This document shows, in pieces, positions 10,504 through 21,500 of a stretch of 64,000 nucleotides of DNA. Source of the DNA: an uncultured Bacteroidales bacterium (GTDB taxonomy: Bacteria > Hydrothermota > 32-111); NCBI GenBank assembly GCA_964544145.1, contig CAZJAT010000004.1, forward strand, positions 16,177-80,176, in the 5' to 3' direction. Numbering within the stretch: the stretch's first letter is position 1; each line of letters starts with the position of its first letter. The notes beneath the pieces are model-generated. The model was given only the letters and a program-made list of their open reading frames with translations. It did not search any database and had not been told where the DNA came from. A program made the translations under genes and the position numbers.

Positions 10504-10530
10504 TTGACATAATGTATTTAATATGATAAT
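10504..10530 (+). promoter_or_regulatory. candidate sigma70-type promoter (TTGACA -35, GATAAT/TAATTT -10) in the 349-bp AT-rich pckA / 10578-gene divergent intergenic region
   Basis: TTGACA is at 10504-10509, with imperfect -10 candidates 15-17 nt downstream. A strong SD (AGGAGG) sits 8 nt before the ATG at 10578. Confidence 0.3.
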
Positions 10531-10577
10531 TTAAATTGTCTTAATTTAATATTTATAAACATCATAGGAGGTATGAT

Positions 10578-11918
10578 ATGAAAAAGCGTGTACTTATTAT
10601 GGGTGCCGCGGGAAGAGATTTCCATAATTTTAACACCTATTTCAGGGATAATAAGGATTATGAGGTCATCTGTTTCACTGCAACACAGATACCCGATATT
10701 TATGGCAGAAAATATCCTGCATCATTAGCAGGGAAACTGTACAGTAAGGGTATTCCTATTTATGATGAGAAGAATCTTGAATCACTCATCAAGAAGCATA
10801 AGATTGATATCGTTGTATTTGCATATTCTGATGTGCCTCATCAGTATATCATGTCAAAAGCGTCTGATGTGCAGAATGCAGGAGCATCATTTATGCTGCT
10901 TGGTCCGAATGATACAATGGTAAAATCAAAAAAACCTGTTATTTCAATAGTGGCAACCAGAACGGGATGCGGAAAATCCCAGACAACACGGAGAGTATCG
11001 GAGATATTGAAAGAAAAGGGTTTTAAACTTGTTGCAATAAGACATCCAATGCCTTATGGTGATTTGGCCAAACAGAAAGTACAGAGATTCGCATCAATAG
11101 CAGATTTGAAAAAGCATAAATGTACAATTGAAGAAATGGAAGAGTATGAACCGCATATCAGCAGAGGTACTATTGTGTATGCCGGTGTTGATTATGAGGC
11201 AATTGTCAGGGAAGCAGAAAAAGAAGCTGATATTATTCTCTGGGATGGCGGGAATAATGATTTTTCATTCTATAAAAGTGATTTAACCATTACAGTGGTT
11301 GACCCCCATAGACCAGGACATGAATTGGAATATTATCCCGGAGCAGTTAATACACGTCTGGCAGATGTTATTGTTATCAATAAGATCGATTCAGCTGAAC
11401 CCGATTATGTGCAGGAAGTCAGAGAAAATATTGCACAAGTCAATCCCAATGCCATCGTAGTTGATGCAGCATCCCCTGTCAGTGTGGAAAATACCTCAAT
11501 AATAAGGAATAAGAGAGTTCTGGTTGTTGAGGATGGTCCTACATTGACTCATGGTGAAATGCAGTATGGAGCCGGTGTTGTCGCTGCAATGAGATTCGGT
11601 GCAAAAGAAATCGTTGATCCGCATCCTTATGCAGTCGGGGAAATCAAAAAGACATTTGAAAAATATTCAGAAGCCGGTCCAATCCTTCCTGCAATGGGAT
11701 ATTCACCCAAGCAGATTAAGGATTTACAGACAACAATAAATAAGGTTAAATGTGATTCTGTTGTTATTGCTACACCTATTGATCTGAGACGCCTTATTAA
11801 AATAAACAAGCCGTCTGTAAGAGTCGGCTATGATCTTCAGGAAATCGGAAAACCCGAACTTAACGGTATTATCAGCGATTTCCTTAAGAAGAAAAAGATT
11901 AAAACAAAGAAAAAATGA
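10578..11918 (+). CDS. cyclic 2,3-diphosphoglycerate synthetase-like protein (DTBS/CobQ-class deviant P-loop)
   Basis: N-terminal VLIMGAAGRDFHNF and ISIVATRTGCGKSQTT (a GT-x-x-GKS type P-loop) resemble the cpgS family from memory. I could not verify this without a search. It is the first gene of a 5-gene coupled operon. Confidence 0.45.
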   Translation: MKKRVLIMGAAGRDFHNFNTYFRDNKDYEVICFTATQIPDIYGRKYPASLAGKLYSKGIPIYDEKNLESLIKKHKIDIVVFAYSDVPHQYIMSKASDVQNAGASFMLLGPNDTMVKSKKPVISIVATRTGCGKSQTTRRVSEILKEKGFKLVAIRHPMPYGDLAKQKVQRFASIADLKKHKCTIEEMEEYEPHISRGTIVYAGVDYEAIVREAEKEADIILWDGGNNDFSFYKSDLTITVVDPHRPGHELEYYPGAVNTRLADVIVINKIDSAEPDYVQEVRENIAQVNPNAIVVDAASPVSVENTSIIRNKRVLVVEDGPTLTHGEMQYGAGVVAAMRFGAKEIVDPHPYAVGEIKKTFEKYSEAGPILPAMGYSPKQIKDLQTTINKVKCDSVVIATPIDLRRLIKINKPSVRVGYDLQEIGKPELNGIISDFLKKKKIKTKKK

Positions 11919-12853
11919 AGAAAGCTGTACTTGCATTAGGCGGTAATGCCTTGATTCAAGAAGGACAGAAAGGTGTTGTCCGGGAACAGTTTGCTAATAC
12001 AAGAATGTCCCTTGACGGAGCAGTTGAATTGCTCCGTCAGGGATTTTCAGTTGTAGTAACACATGGGAATGGGCCTCAAGCAGGACATGAAATGCTCAAG
12101 AATGAATTGGCATCAGCAGAAACGCCGTCATTGCCTTTAGGTGTTATTGTTGCTGAAACACAGGGATTTATAGGATATATGATAGCTCAATCTCTGATGA
12201 ATCGACTCAGGAGAGAGGGAATTGAAAAGAATGTGAGTGTTGTAGTTACTCAGGTGCTAGTATCACAGGATGACCCCTCTATACTTAATCCATCAAAATT
12301 TGTAGGTAAATTTTATATGGAAGAGGATACACATGAATTGCTTAATAGAGGATGGCATATCAAGAAAGATGCAGGAAGAGGATTCAGAAGGGTTGTTCCT
12401 TCACCTGAACCGATTGATATTATTGAAAAAGATGCAATCAATGAACTCTTGAACAAAGGGGATATCGTTGTTGCTGTAGGTGGAGGCGGGATTCCGGTTT
12501 TCAGGGATAAAAACGGATTTTTAGAAGGAATGGATGCAGTTATTGATAAAGATAAAGCATCTTCATTGCTGGCAAAACAAATTAATGCTGAAAAATTTAT
12601 TATAATGACTGCTGAGAAATATGTATGTATTAATTATAGAAAACATGATGAAAGAATGCTCACTGAGCTTACTGTAAATGATGCTGAGAAATATTTGAGA
12701 CAGGGACAATTTCCTGCAGGTTCAATGGGACCGAAGATTAAATCAATGATTGACTATGTAAGAGATACAGGATACGAAGGCAGAATAGGATCCATTGATC
12801 TGGCAAAGGATGTTGTTAACGGTAAGTCAGGGACAGCTATCATCAATGGATGA
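11915..12853 (+). CDS. arcC: carbamate kinase
   Basis: MKKAVLALGGNAL...VVVTHGNGPQ and a length of about 310 aa fit carbamate kinase. It overlaps the upstream gene by ATGA. Confidence 0.85.
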   Translation: MKKAVLALGGNALIQEGQKGVVREQFANTRMSLDGAVELLRQGFSVVVTHGNGPQAGHEMLKNELASAETPSLPLGVIVAETQGFIGYMIAQSLMNRLRREGIEKNVSVVVTQVLVSQDDPSILNPSKFVGKFYMEEDTHELLNRGWHIKKDAGRGFRRVVPSPEPIDIIEKDAINELLNKGDIVVAVGGGGIPVFRDKNGFLEGMDAVIDKDKASSLLAKQINAEKFIIMTAEKYVCINYRKHDERMLTELTVNDAEKYLRQGQFPAGSMGPKIKSMIDYVRDTGYEGRIGSIDLAKDVVNGKSGTAIING

Positions 12854-13263
12854 TTATGGAATATACACTGCTGTTAATAAAACCAGACGCAGTTGAACGA
12901 AATCTCATAGGACATATTCTGGAGCGTATTGAAAACGAGGGATTTAAAGTAATTAATTTGAGAATGGAACAGATGAACAGAGCAAAGGCAGAAGAATTCT
13001 ATTCAGTTCACAAAGAAAAAGATTTTTTCCATGGGCTTGTCGATTATATGGTTTCGGGGAAAACAGTGGGAGTTCTTCTTCAAAGGGAAAATGCTGTTAA
13101 TCATCTGAGACATTTTATAGGCAATACAGATCCTGCAGATGCTGAAAAAGGCACAATAAGAAATCAATTCGGACAGACACTCAGAAGGAATTCGGTTCAT
13201 GCAAGTGATTGCAGAATATCTGCTGAACGCGAAATAGATGTATTCTTTAAGGAGTATAAATGA
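12850..13263 (+). CDS. ndk: nucleoside diphosphate kinase
   Basis: LLLIKPDAVERNLIGHILERIENEGFKV and the active-site His context NSVHASD are present. It is 137 aa. Confidence 0.8.
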   Translation: MIMEYTLLLIKPDAVERNLIGHILERIENEGFKVINLRMEQMNRAKAEEFYSVHKEKDFFHGLVDYMVSGKTVGVLLQRENAVNHLRHFIGNTDPADAEKGTIRNQFGQTLRRNSVHASDCRISAEREIDVFFKEYK

Positions 13264-14111
13264 AAATATCAAAGATCGGATTCTATGGCATCAGAAATAC
13301 GGGGGCAGGACTTGTGCAGACAGTGGCATCTGAGGGATTGGCTGCTGTTGTTTATGAAAAAAATGATGATATTTATCACAATGCTTTATCAGTTATCGAG
13401 AATAATGTTGATTATGAGATTGAACATTGGGGTATGACAAGAAAAGATAAGAAAATACTCATGTCGAGAATTGAACATATTGATTCTTTTTCAGATTTTA
13501 TGAAAAATGATATTGATATTATTGTGGAGAGTGTGGAAGAACAGATTGAAATAAAAAAACATGCAATAGAGAAAATTGAAAATGAATTGACTCTCAATAT
13601 TCCGGTGGTATTAACGGCTCAGATAAACACATTGAAGGATATACTGAAAGACAGTAATCTGGCCTCAAGAGCAGTCAATATTCACCCTGTGCCGTCAGTG
13701 CCGACATTTAAGATAGTTGAGATGGTGAGAAGCTGCTCTGTCAATGAGGCGTCAATGGAGATCCTGAAGAGCTTCTTTGACAGACTTGATTTAAAGGTTA
13801 TGGAAATAGCAGATTGTCCCGGAGGTATTGGCCCGAGAATATTTATTTCAGCTGTAATTGAATCATGTAATGCCATAAGCCAGTATGGCATTGATGAGAT
13901 TATGGCAGATAATATTTTGAAAATAGGTTTGAGAATGTATAAGGGACCTTTGAAAATGGCGGATGAACTCGGTTTGGATACTGTGAAAACATGGATTGAG
14001 GAGATGAACAGAATTGCAGGAACAAGATATGAAGTTCCTCAATTGCTTACTGATATGATGAATAGCGGATTAAATGGTTTAGTGAATAAAAAAGGATTTT
14101 TAACATATTAA
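13260..14111 (+). CDS. 3-hydroxyacyl-CoA dehydrogenase-family protein with an altered dinucleotide-binding motif (GxRxxG)
   Basis: It shows collinear similarity to Hbd. The central NIHPVPS matches HFFNP with the catalytic His. The C-terminal GPLKMADELGLDTV matches the 3HCDH_C motif. In the N-terminal motif GIRNTGAG the second Gly of GxGxxG is replaced by Arg. Confidence 0.6.
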   Translation: MKISKIGFYGIRNTGAGLVQTVASEGLAAVVYEKNDDIYHNALSVIENNVDYEIEHWGMTRKDKKILMSRIEHIDSFSDFMKNDIDIIVESVEEQIEIKKHAIEKIENELTLNIPVVLTAQINTLKDILKDSNLASRAVNIHPVPSVPTFKIVEMVRSCSVNEASMEILKSFFDRLDLKVMEIADCPGGIGPRIFISAVIESCNAISQYGIDEIMADNILKIGLRMYKGPLKMADELGLDTVKTWIEEMNRIAGTRYEVPQLLTDMMNSGLNGLVNKKGFLTY

Positions 14112-14123
14112 AAGCAGGGTTTT

Positions 14124-15329
14124 ATGAAGATATTAGTGTTGAATTCAGGTTCATCATCATTGAAATATCAGATAATTGACACAGAGAAAGAAGAGTGCCT
14201 TGTAAAGGGGCTTGCAGAAAAAATCGGTATGGTTGATTCATCAATTAAACAGAAACGTTTTGATGGTGATGAGATTATAGTTCAGCAGGAGATTATCAGT
14301 CACACAAAAGCCATAGCTCAGATGCAGAATCTGATCCTGGACAAAAAACATGGTGTGCTGATGAGTATCAATGAGATTGATGCAGTGGGTCACAGGGTTG
14401 TGCATGGAGGTGAAAAATTCTCAGCTTCTGTTCTTATTGATGATACTGTTATTGATGCAATTGAGGAATACTCAGAAATTGCACCATTACATAATCCGTA
14501 TAATCTCAAGGGAATATATGCTGCCATGAAAGAATTGCCTGATGTACCGCAGGTTGCTGTCTTTGATACAGCTTTCCATCAGTCATTACCGGAACATGCA
14601 TATATTTATCCCATACCATATATCTTTTATGAAAAGCACAAAATAAGAAAATACGGCTTCCACGGCACATCTCATTATTTTGTTTCACGCAGGGGCGCAG
14701 AAATATTTGGAATGGACATAAAGGATACAAAGATTATTACCTGCCATATAGGGAATGGGGCATCTATAGCAGCAGTTGAAGGCGGTCGTTCGATTGATAC
14801 CTCTTTGGGATTCAGCACTATTGCAGGTGTAATGATGGGAACCAGAAGCGGAAATCTTGATCCTGATGTGATACTTAAAATTATGGATAAGGAGGACCTT
14901 ACAATTGAACAGGCAGAATCTCTGCTTACAAAACATTCGGGATTAATGGGCGTGAGCGGTATATCCAGTGACATGAGAGAGGTTATCAAAGCATCTGAAA
15001 ATAATAATAAAAGGGCAAAATTAGCAATAAAGATGTTTGCTTACAGAATCAGGAATTATATTGCATCATATGCTGCTGTGCTGGGAGGTCCTCAGATGAT
15101 AATATTTACTGCCGGTATAGGTGAGAATGTACCTCTAATAAGAGAATTATCGCTTGAAGGTTTAGAATTTATGGGAATAAAACTTGATAAAGAAAAGAAT
15201 GAGCAGGTGAGAGGAACTGAAGATGTAATTAGTACAGATGACTCTCCTGTAAAGATATATGTTATTCCAACAAATGAGGAACTTGTCATTGCTAAGGATA
15301 CAGAACGGATTGCTCATAAAGAGAATTGA
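14124..15329 (+). CDS. ackA: acetate kinase
   Basis: MKILVLNSGSSSLKYQIID is the acetate/propionate kinase N-terminal signature. It is 401 aa. Confidence 0.9.
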   Translation: MKILVLNSGSSSLKYQIIDTEKEECLVKGLAEKIGMVDSSIKQKRFDGDEIIVQQEIISHTKAIAQMQNLILDKKHGVLMSINEIDAVGHRVVHGGEKFSASVLIDDTVIDAIEEYSEIAPLHNPYNLKGIYAAMKELPDVPQVAVFDTAFHQSLPEHAYIYPIPYIFYEKHKIRKYGFHGTSHYFVSRRGAEIFGMDIKDTKIITCHIGNGASIAAVEGGRSIDTSLGFSTIAGVMMGTRSGNLDPDVILKIMDKEDLTIEQAESLLTKHSGLMGVSGISSDMREVIKASENNNKRAKLAIKMFAYRIRNYIASYAAVLGGPQMIIFTAGIGENVPLIRELSLEGLEFMGIKLDKEKNEQVRGTEDVISTDDSPVKIYVIPTNEELVIAKDTERIAHKEN

Positions 15330-15370
15330 CAGTATAGATTCCAGAATTATATTTCCTATAAAGGAGATAT

Positions 15371-15571
15371 ATGAAAATCAATGGTGATATGTATGTTGAG
15401 GATATTGTACAGGAATATCCAAAATCTGTAGCATTTTTAATGGATAAAGATATTATATGTATTAAATGCGGAGCGCCCGTATGGGGATCGCTCAATGAAT
15501 TGCTTGAGGAAAAGGGGATTGAAGACAAGCAGAAGCTTATTGATGAGCTGAATGCCTATCTTCAGACATAA
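15371..15571 (+). CDS. DUF1858-type small redox/disulfide domain protein (hybrid-cluster-protein-associated family)
   Basis: The 66-aa protein has VEDIVQEYPKSVAFLMDKDIICIKCGAP, with a CxxC motif. An SD (AAGGAGA) lies upstream. Confidence 0.55.
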   Translation: MKINGDMYVEDIVQEYPKSVAFLMDKDIICIKCGAPVWGSLNELLEEKGIEDKQKLIDELNAYLQT

Positions 15572-15919
15572 ATGCTTATTAAGGTAATTGAGAAAAAGAA
15601 TAATAAGACTGTTTTTGAAATAAAGGCTGATGATAGTCAGTTTGAATCTATTATGAATATGATAAAAAATAATTATCCTGCTGATCATTTCCAAATCACA
15701 ATTGACAATATGCATAATGATGCAGATACAGGCAATATTCATGATGCTTTTAAGTCTATTATTCCTGTAATTACAATATTCCTTATTCCAATATCCAATA
15801 TAATTGTGATTATTTCAATATTCTTGCTGAAGGATATGAGTCAGAAGATTATAGGTTCTGGAGCAGCAGCAATTATCTTTCTGATATCAGTTATTCTACT
15901 GCTGAGAGGCAGGAAATGA
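15572..15919 (+). CDS. hypothetical small membrane protein (soluble N-domain plus 2 TM)
   Basis: The C-terminal half is hydrophobic. An ATGA overlap couples it to the GT4 gene at 15916. Confidence 0.35.
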   Translation: MLIKVIEKKNNKTVFEIKADDSQFESIMNMIKNNYPADHFQITIDNMHNDADTGNIHDAFKSIIPVITIFLIPISNIIVIISIFLLKDMSQKIIGSGAAAIIFLISVILLLRGRK

Positions 15920-17031
15920 ATATTCTTATAATCAATTGGAGAGACATGAAAAATCCTCTCTATGGAGGAGCCGAGATACATATGGAGAAGATAGCTCAGT
16001 ATCTAGGCATGGAAAATAATATATATTACCTGACTTCCATGTATAATGGTGCAGATGAAAGGGAAACAATTGACAATATTCACTATATTCGCATTGGTAA
16101 TGAATATTTATTCAATTTTGCGGTTATGATGAATATCAAAGGCCTATTGAGAGAAATTCAACCGGATATTATTCTGGAGGATATCAATAAGGTGCCATTC
16201 TATACCCCTTTATTTACAGATATTCCTGTGATTGCTGTTATTCCCCATATATTCGGTAAGACAATATTCAGACAAACAGGTCTTATCCCTGCCCTGTATG
16301 TGTATATAATGGAGATGCCCTTAAAACATGTGTATAGAAGAGCTTACTATGAAGTGATTTCACAGTCCACAAAAGAGGATTTAATAAGGCGCGGCATTGA
16401 CGGAAACAGAATCAAAGTGATTGAATGCGGTATAGATAGAGATTATGAATATCTGTCAAAAATTGAGAAATTTGAATCGCCTGTTATGGTTTATATCGGC
16501 AGATTAAAAAAATACAAATCCATTGAGCATATAATAGAAACAATGCCGAGACTGAAGACCGTATTCCCTGATATAAGATTGATAATAGCAGGAAGAGGGG
16601 ATTATGAGGAAAATTTGAAAAGAAGAACAAGAGAACTGAATGTAGGTGACTATGTTGAATTCAGGGGATATATAAGTGAGGATGAGAAATGGGAACTTCT
16701 CAGAAGAGCATGGGTATCTGTATATCCTTCACTTATTGAGGGATGGGGTATAGTCAATATTGAAGCAAATCTTGTTCATACACCTGTAATATGTGCAGAT
16801 GTACCCGGATTGCGTGATTCTGTTAAAAACGGATATTCAGGATTGCTCTATGAGTATGGGAATACGCAGCATATGGCAGAGCAGATTATCACATTATTTG
16901 ATGAATATAATTATAAAAACTACTGCAGGCAGGCTTATGAGTGGTCAAAACATTTTAATTGGCAATATACAGGAAAGGCAACAGAAGAATTTATTCAGCA
17001 GACACTTGAAAACTGCCCTATTATCAAATAA
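15916..17031 (+). CDS. glycosyltransferase family 4 (GT-B, group 1)
   Basis: The EX7E region is LIEGWGIVNIEA. The length and layout are typical of GT4. Confidence 0.75.
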   Translation: MNILIINWRDMKNPLYGGAEIHMEKIAQYLGMENNIYYLTSMYNGADERETIDNIHYIRIGNEYLFNFAVMMNIKGLLREIQPDIILEDINKVPFYTPLFTDIPVIAVIPHIFGKTIFRQTGLIPALYVYIMEMPLKHVYRRAYYEVISQSTKEDLIRRGIDGNRIKVIECGIDRDYEYLSKIEKFESPVMVYIGRLKKYKSIEHIIETMPRLKTVFPDIRLIIAGRGDYEENLKRRTRELNVGDYVEFRGYISEDEKWELLRRAWVSVYPSLIEGWGIVNIEANLVHTPVICADVPGLRDSVKNGYSGLLYEYGNTQHMAEQIITLFDEYNYKNYCRQAYEWSKHFNWQYTGKATEEFIQQTLENCPIIK

Positions 17032-17050
17032 ACACTTGATATTCTATAAC

Positions 17051-17078
17051 TTGACAAGTATTGACAAATCCATATATT
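17051..17078 (+). promoter_or_regulatory. candidate sigma70 promoter TTGACA-N16-TATATT upstream of the 17096 gene
   Basis: TTGACA is at 17051-17056 and TATATT at 17073-17078. The ATG lies 18 nt further on. Confidence 0.4.
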
Positions 17079-17095
17079 AAATTAAAATAATACAG

Positions 17096-18502
17096 ATGAG
17101 AAAAATATATATTTTTCTATTATTTATTACTGCATATATTACTGTATTAGCTCAATGGTCTTCCATCAGAACTGTATGGTTTTATGCAAATGCATATTTT
17201 CCTCCGACATCAACTCATGTTGCAGGTGTGGATACTTCAGGTAATACATATCTTGTCTGGCATGACCATATATTTGAGTTTGAATTTGATATTGTGCAGC
17301 ATAAGTTTAATGGTACAAGCTGGTCAGGCTGGCAGAGAGTAGATGATGCATTATCCGGTCAGGGATATTACGGACTTTCGAGAATGCCGTCTATCTCAGT
17401 AGAACCTGATGGTAAACGTCTGATTGTCTGGGAGGATATGAAAACAGGATATTTTGAATTACATTCCAAATATTACAATAACATTGATATACCTTCCCAG
17501 AGGCAATTGACTGACGACAGTGCTTATACTTGGTATCCTAAATTACAGTATGCAGATAACAGGCATCATCTCTTCTATATAGACAGTAAAAGCGGAGTAT
17601 TTAATATTTATTACAATTATTATGATTCATTATGGCATAATGAAGAGCATGTGATTGCAGTAGATAGTGCATGTAATGATTTCTCATTCTATGCTTACAA
17701 TGATTCAACAATGGTGCTTTCTTTTCTGATGAAACCTTATGAATATGACAATCTCTATTATTCAGTTAAATCAAATGGCATATGGAATACGCTGCATCCC
17801 CTGTTCACAGGGAATTTTGATGTAACTTATCCGAATATAATAAGTAATAGCACCAACACGTTTATTCTGTTTACTGCTAATATTAATGGTCTTTATCAGC
17901 TTTTCATGTCAAAATTCAATGGAATATCATGGTCAATGCCGGAGCTGATAAGCAATAATGAGACAAATATCATGCATCCTACAGGTATTATCAATGGCAA
18001 TGATTTTCACATATTTTTCATTTCAGATGAATTCCCTAATGGTATTATCAAACATTCTGTTTATGATATTATCAGTGACAGTATTGTAAGCACAGAAACA
18101 GCAGTGGAGGTGAGAGAGGGACCGATATATTCACCCAAAGTTGTTATTGATTCAAATGGCAATCTTCAGCTGATGTTCACATGTGCTGATGGCGAAAGGA
18201 CTTCAAACAGGGGGCCGAACAATATCTATCATCTTACTCTGAGCGGAGTTAAGAGCAATATTACTGAAACTGTTAAACCATATGCTTTGAGCAATTATGG
18301 GAATTATTATAGTATATCAATGACAGATGATAATGATTACTCTATAAGCATACTTGATAAGACGGGCAGATGCATTGCTGATATGCCGGGTGATAAGAGA
18401 CTGATACTTGATAATAGTTATTTTAAACGCAATGATATATATTTTCTGATAATAAAAACTAATAAAAACATTTACACTGAAAAGGTCTTATGGTTAAACT
18501 GA
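17096..18502 (+). CDS. secreted Trp/Tyr-rich beta-propeller-like protein with a T9SS CTD-like C-terminus
   Basis: The signal peptide is MRKIYIFLLFITAYITVLAQ. Repeated NG(T/I)SWS, GIWNT elements are BNR/propeller-like. The C-terminal SISILDKTGRCI and IYFLIIKT...KVLWLN look like CTD motifs D and E. Confidence 0.45.
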   Translation: MRKIYIFLLFITAYITVLAQWSSIRTVWFYANAYFPPTSTHVAGVDTSGNTYLVWHDHIFEFEFDIVQHKFNGTSWSGWQRVDDALSGQGYYGLSRMPSISVEPDGKRLIVWEDMKTGYFELHSKYYNNIDIPSQRQLTDDSAYTWYPKLQYADNRHHLFYIDSKSGVFNIYYNYYDSLWHNEEHVIAVDSACNDFSFYAYNDSTMVLSFLMKPYEYDNLYYSVKSNGIWNTLHPLFTGNFDVTYPNIISNSTNTFILFTANINGLYQLFMSKFNGISWSMPELISNNETNIMHPTGIINGNDFHIFFISDEFPNGIIKHSVYDIISDSIVSTETAVEVREGPIYSPKVVIDSNGNLQLMFTCADGERTSNRGPNNIYHLTLSGVKSNITETVKPYALSNYGNYYSISMTDDNDYSISILDKTGRCIADMPGDKRLILDNSYFKRNDIYFLIIKTNKNIYTEKVLWLN

Positions 18503-21500
18503 GAATATCCTTACTGATTTTTGCTGTTGTCTATTTGAGTGTAATGGCAGATTTTTCAATTATCAGCAATGAAGGCAATAATATCTCTGTTTTTTACAAT
18601 GGTATTTACAGTGAAGGCGGGAAAGCAATAATATTGCCTCCGAATGATAATTATTCAATCTCCGTATCTCCATCAAATGCATTTGATAAAAATCAGTATA
18701 GAGCAATTTATTCAGGTGATATGCATTTGCTGCCTCTTCCACAGACTGATGAGGCATACACAATTAGTGTAAATTATGATAATACAAGGGTGTTTGGAAA
18801 GAGGATTATTCCTGAAAGCGATATAATGTCTTCATTTTCAGACATAATTATTAATAGTGAGAATATTGCGGAGTTTATCAAACCGAGAACGCCTATTCAT
18901 TTTAAAGCTTCATATACAGGATTGCCTGTATTGAAAATGAGGATAGACAGTAGTGGAATATACAGGGTATATTACAGTCAGCTCAATGCTGTGACTGATA
19001 TTGAGCTTTCAGGGATTAACCCGCGAAACATACAGCTGTTTTGCAAGAATAAGGAAATACCTTTATATATTAGCAATATTGCTGATTCTTCATTTAATGC
19101 AGGTGATTTCATTGAATTCTTTGCAGAGAGGAATGATGGAGAAGGATACCGTTATTTTGATAAATACAATATTGAAAATGTATATATACTTACAGTGGAA
19201 GGAAATCCGGGTTCCAGATATGTTCAATTCACATCAACCATTTCACATGACTCATTGATAGCAGCGAATATAGAATCTCATTACAGAACAGTTCATGTTG
19301 AAGCAGACAGTTTCTTCTACAGATTCCAGACAGTATCTGCGGATACCAGTGATTTTTGGTTTGACAGATATATGAATGACCCGAACACATATGATATAAA
19401 TATTGATTTAAATGACAGAATTGCGGACAGTCCTTTAATATTGACATCATATTTACATGGTGTATCCCATTTGGGTATAAACCCTGACCATCCGCTTGAT
19501 ATATATATGAATGACAGCATCATAGAATCAATCAATTGGAATGACCAATTGCCTTATTATTATAAGAGTGATTCCATTGTTCTTCCGGATACAAATGAGA
19601 TATGTGTAACATATCATGTGAAATCAATTCCGGGAGATACATCAAGCAGTGATTCCCTTCTGTTCAATGATATAATGCTTAATTGGACAGAATTGACATA
19701 TGAGAGGGCATTGAGGCCTGAAAACGGTTATCTGGTTTTTTCAATGGATCCGAGAGAAGGATATGGCAGATTCAGATTCCGGATTACGGGTTTTGCCAAT
19801 AGCAATGTTGAAATTCTACGAAAAGACTTAAAGAGAATTATCGGTTTCAATGTATTATATGATACACTTACATTTACATATACTGTAATCTTTGAGGATG
19901 ATATATATACCACGGGTGTTCAATATGGTGTTTATGAAAGATCAAATTTGCATACACCCGATGAAATTGAAAGATATGAATATGCAGATTTAGCATCATC
20001 GCTGAATAGGGGTAAATTTGTTATTATATGTCCTCAGGAATTAAAAGAGGAATCTGCTGAGATAGCCAATCTATTTGATGAGGATGTTTTTATTGCCGGA
20101 ACGGAAGATATCTATAATGAATTCTCAGATGGATTTGTACGTCCATCGGGAATAAGGGATTTCCTTCGTGCGGCATATAATAATTGGGAAATAGCTCCGA
20201 CACATGTTCTTCTGCTTGGGGATGCTTCCAGAGACCAGAATAATCATTTAAACAAAAAACAGTATTATATACCTAATGGATATGTATACGGTCTAGTGGA
20301 TTTCGGCTATTCATGCTCAGATAACTATTATGGCAGAGTAGTGGGTGAGGATGTACTTGAAGATATCTCTGTATCAAGATATCCGGTTAAAACAATAAAT
20401 GATATTTATAATCTCAAATCAAAAATTATTCACTACACAGATCCTCGAAATATGGGTACGCATTATCTGAGAGCTTTAATGGTCTATGACACCACAGAAT
20501 ACATACGCAGTGAAAATGATTCAAAAACGCTGGGAAGTATGCTGCCTTTTTATCTCTATCCCAAATATATGCACACATTCCAAAGCTGGGGCCCCGATTT
20601 TATTCCGGAACTGTATAAAGGTGCATTTGTAATGAATGTGCTTGCACATGGAGCAATACGTTCAATTGGCTATGGAATGTATTTGAGGATTTTTGATGTA
20701 TATAGATATAACAACATATCCCGTCTGCCGCTTGTCAATGTTTTTTCATGCAATACAACGGAATTTGATTTTGTTGCTCCAGATACTATATCAATAGGTG
20801 AAGCATTTGCAACTGCTCCAGGCGGAGGCGCTATTGGATATTACGGAGCAACCGGGACATCAGAAGCAGGTGTCAATTTTGTTTTATCCAGAGCGATATT
20901 CAGACAGTTTACTGAAAAGGGATTGAAAAATATTGGTGATATTCTCCGTATAGGGGAAACAGAATTTTTCCTTGAAGCCAGCAATAATAATCCATACAAT
21001 TTTTTATATTATAGGTCTCAGGAGATAATGAATTATAATCTCCTTGGCATTGGTTTTCTTGATCTCAATATTCCCAAACCTTCAAATGATGAACTGTTAT
21101 TATCAAGTGAAGACCTGGGAGCCGGGGATACTCTGACTGTAGAACTCAATTCTCAGCATATTCAAAATGGCAATATGGAAAGTATAATTCTGGATATTGA
21201 CAAAAACGCTATTTCACATAATCACAGCGAGATATTTGATTCTACCGGGACAAACAATCTTATAATGCCTGATACAGTTAATATCGGTTCAATGACAGTA
21301 TTGACAGTTTCATCATCATCAGACACATCATTATTACAATATGCTTTTCCCTCTATAGGACGTGTCGGCATGTCAACTTTCGGTATGCTGCCTGCTGAAC
21401 CGGATACAAGTAGCAGATTTATTATATATGCAAAGATCAAGAATGCAGGTGCGCTTACAGAGCAGTATGCATATTATAAAAAGGAAACAGCAGGAAATTA

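Noticed and set aside
10229-10577. 349-bp AT-rich non-coding region examined for a tRNA, sRNA, repeat or mobile-element remnant
   Set aside because: I found no GC-rich stems, direct or inverted repeats, or ORF fragments. It is adequately explained as the divergent promoter region of pckA and the kinase operon, with SDs on both sides.
15092-15289. Several 60-100 aa ORFs antisense within ackA, pckA and the large CTD genes
   Set aside because: They are embedded in well-supported genes on the opposite strand with no start or SD context. They are typical AT-rich genome noise.
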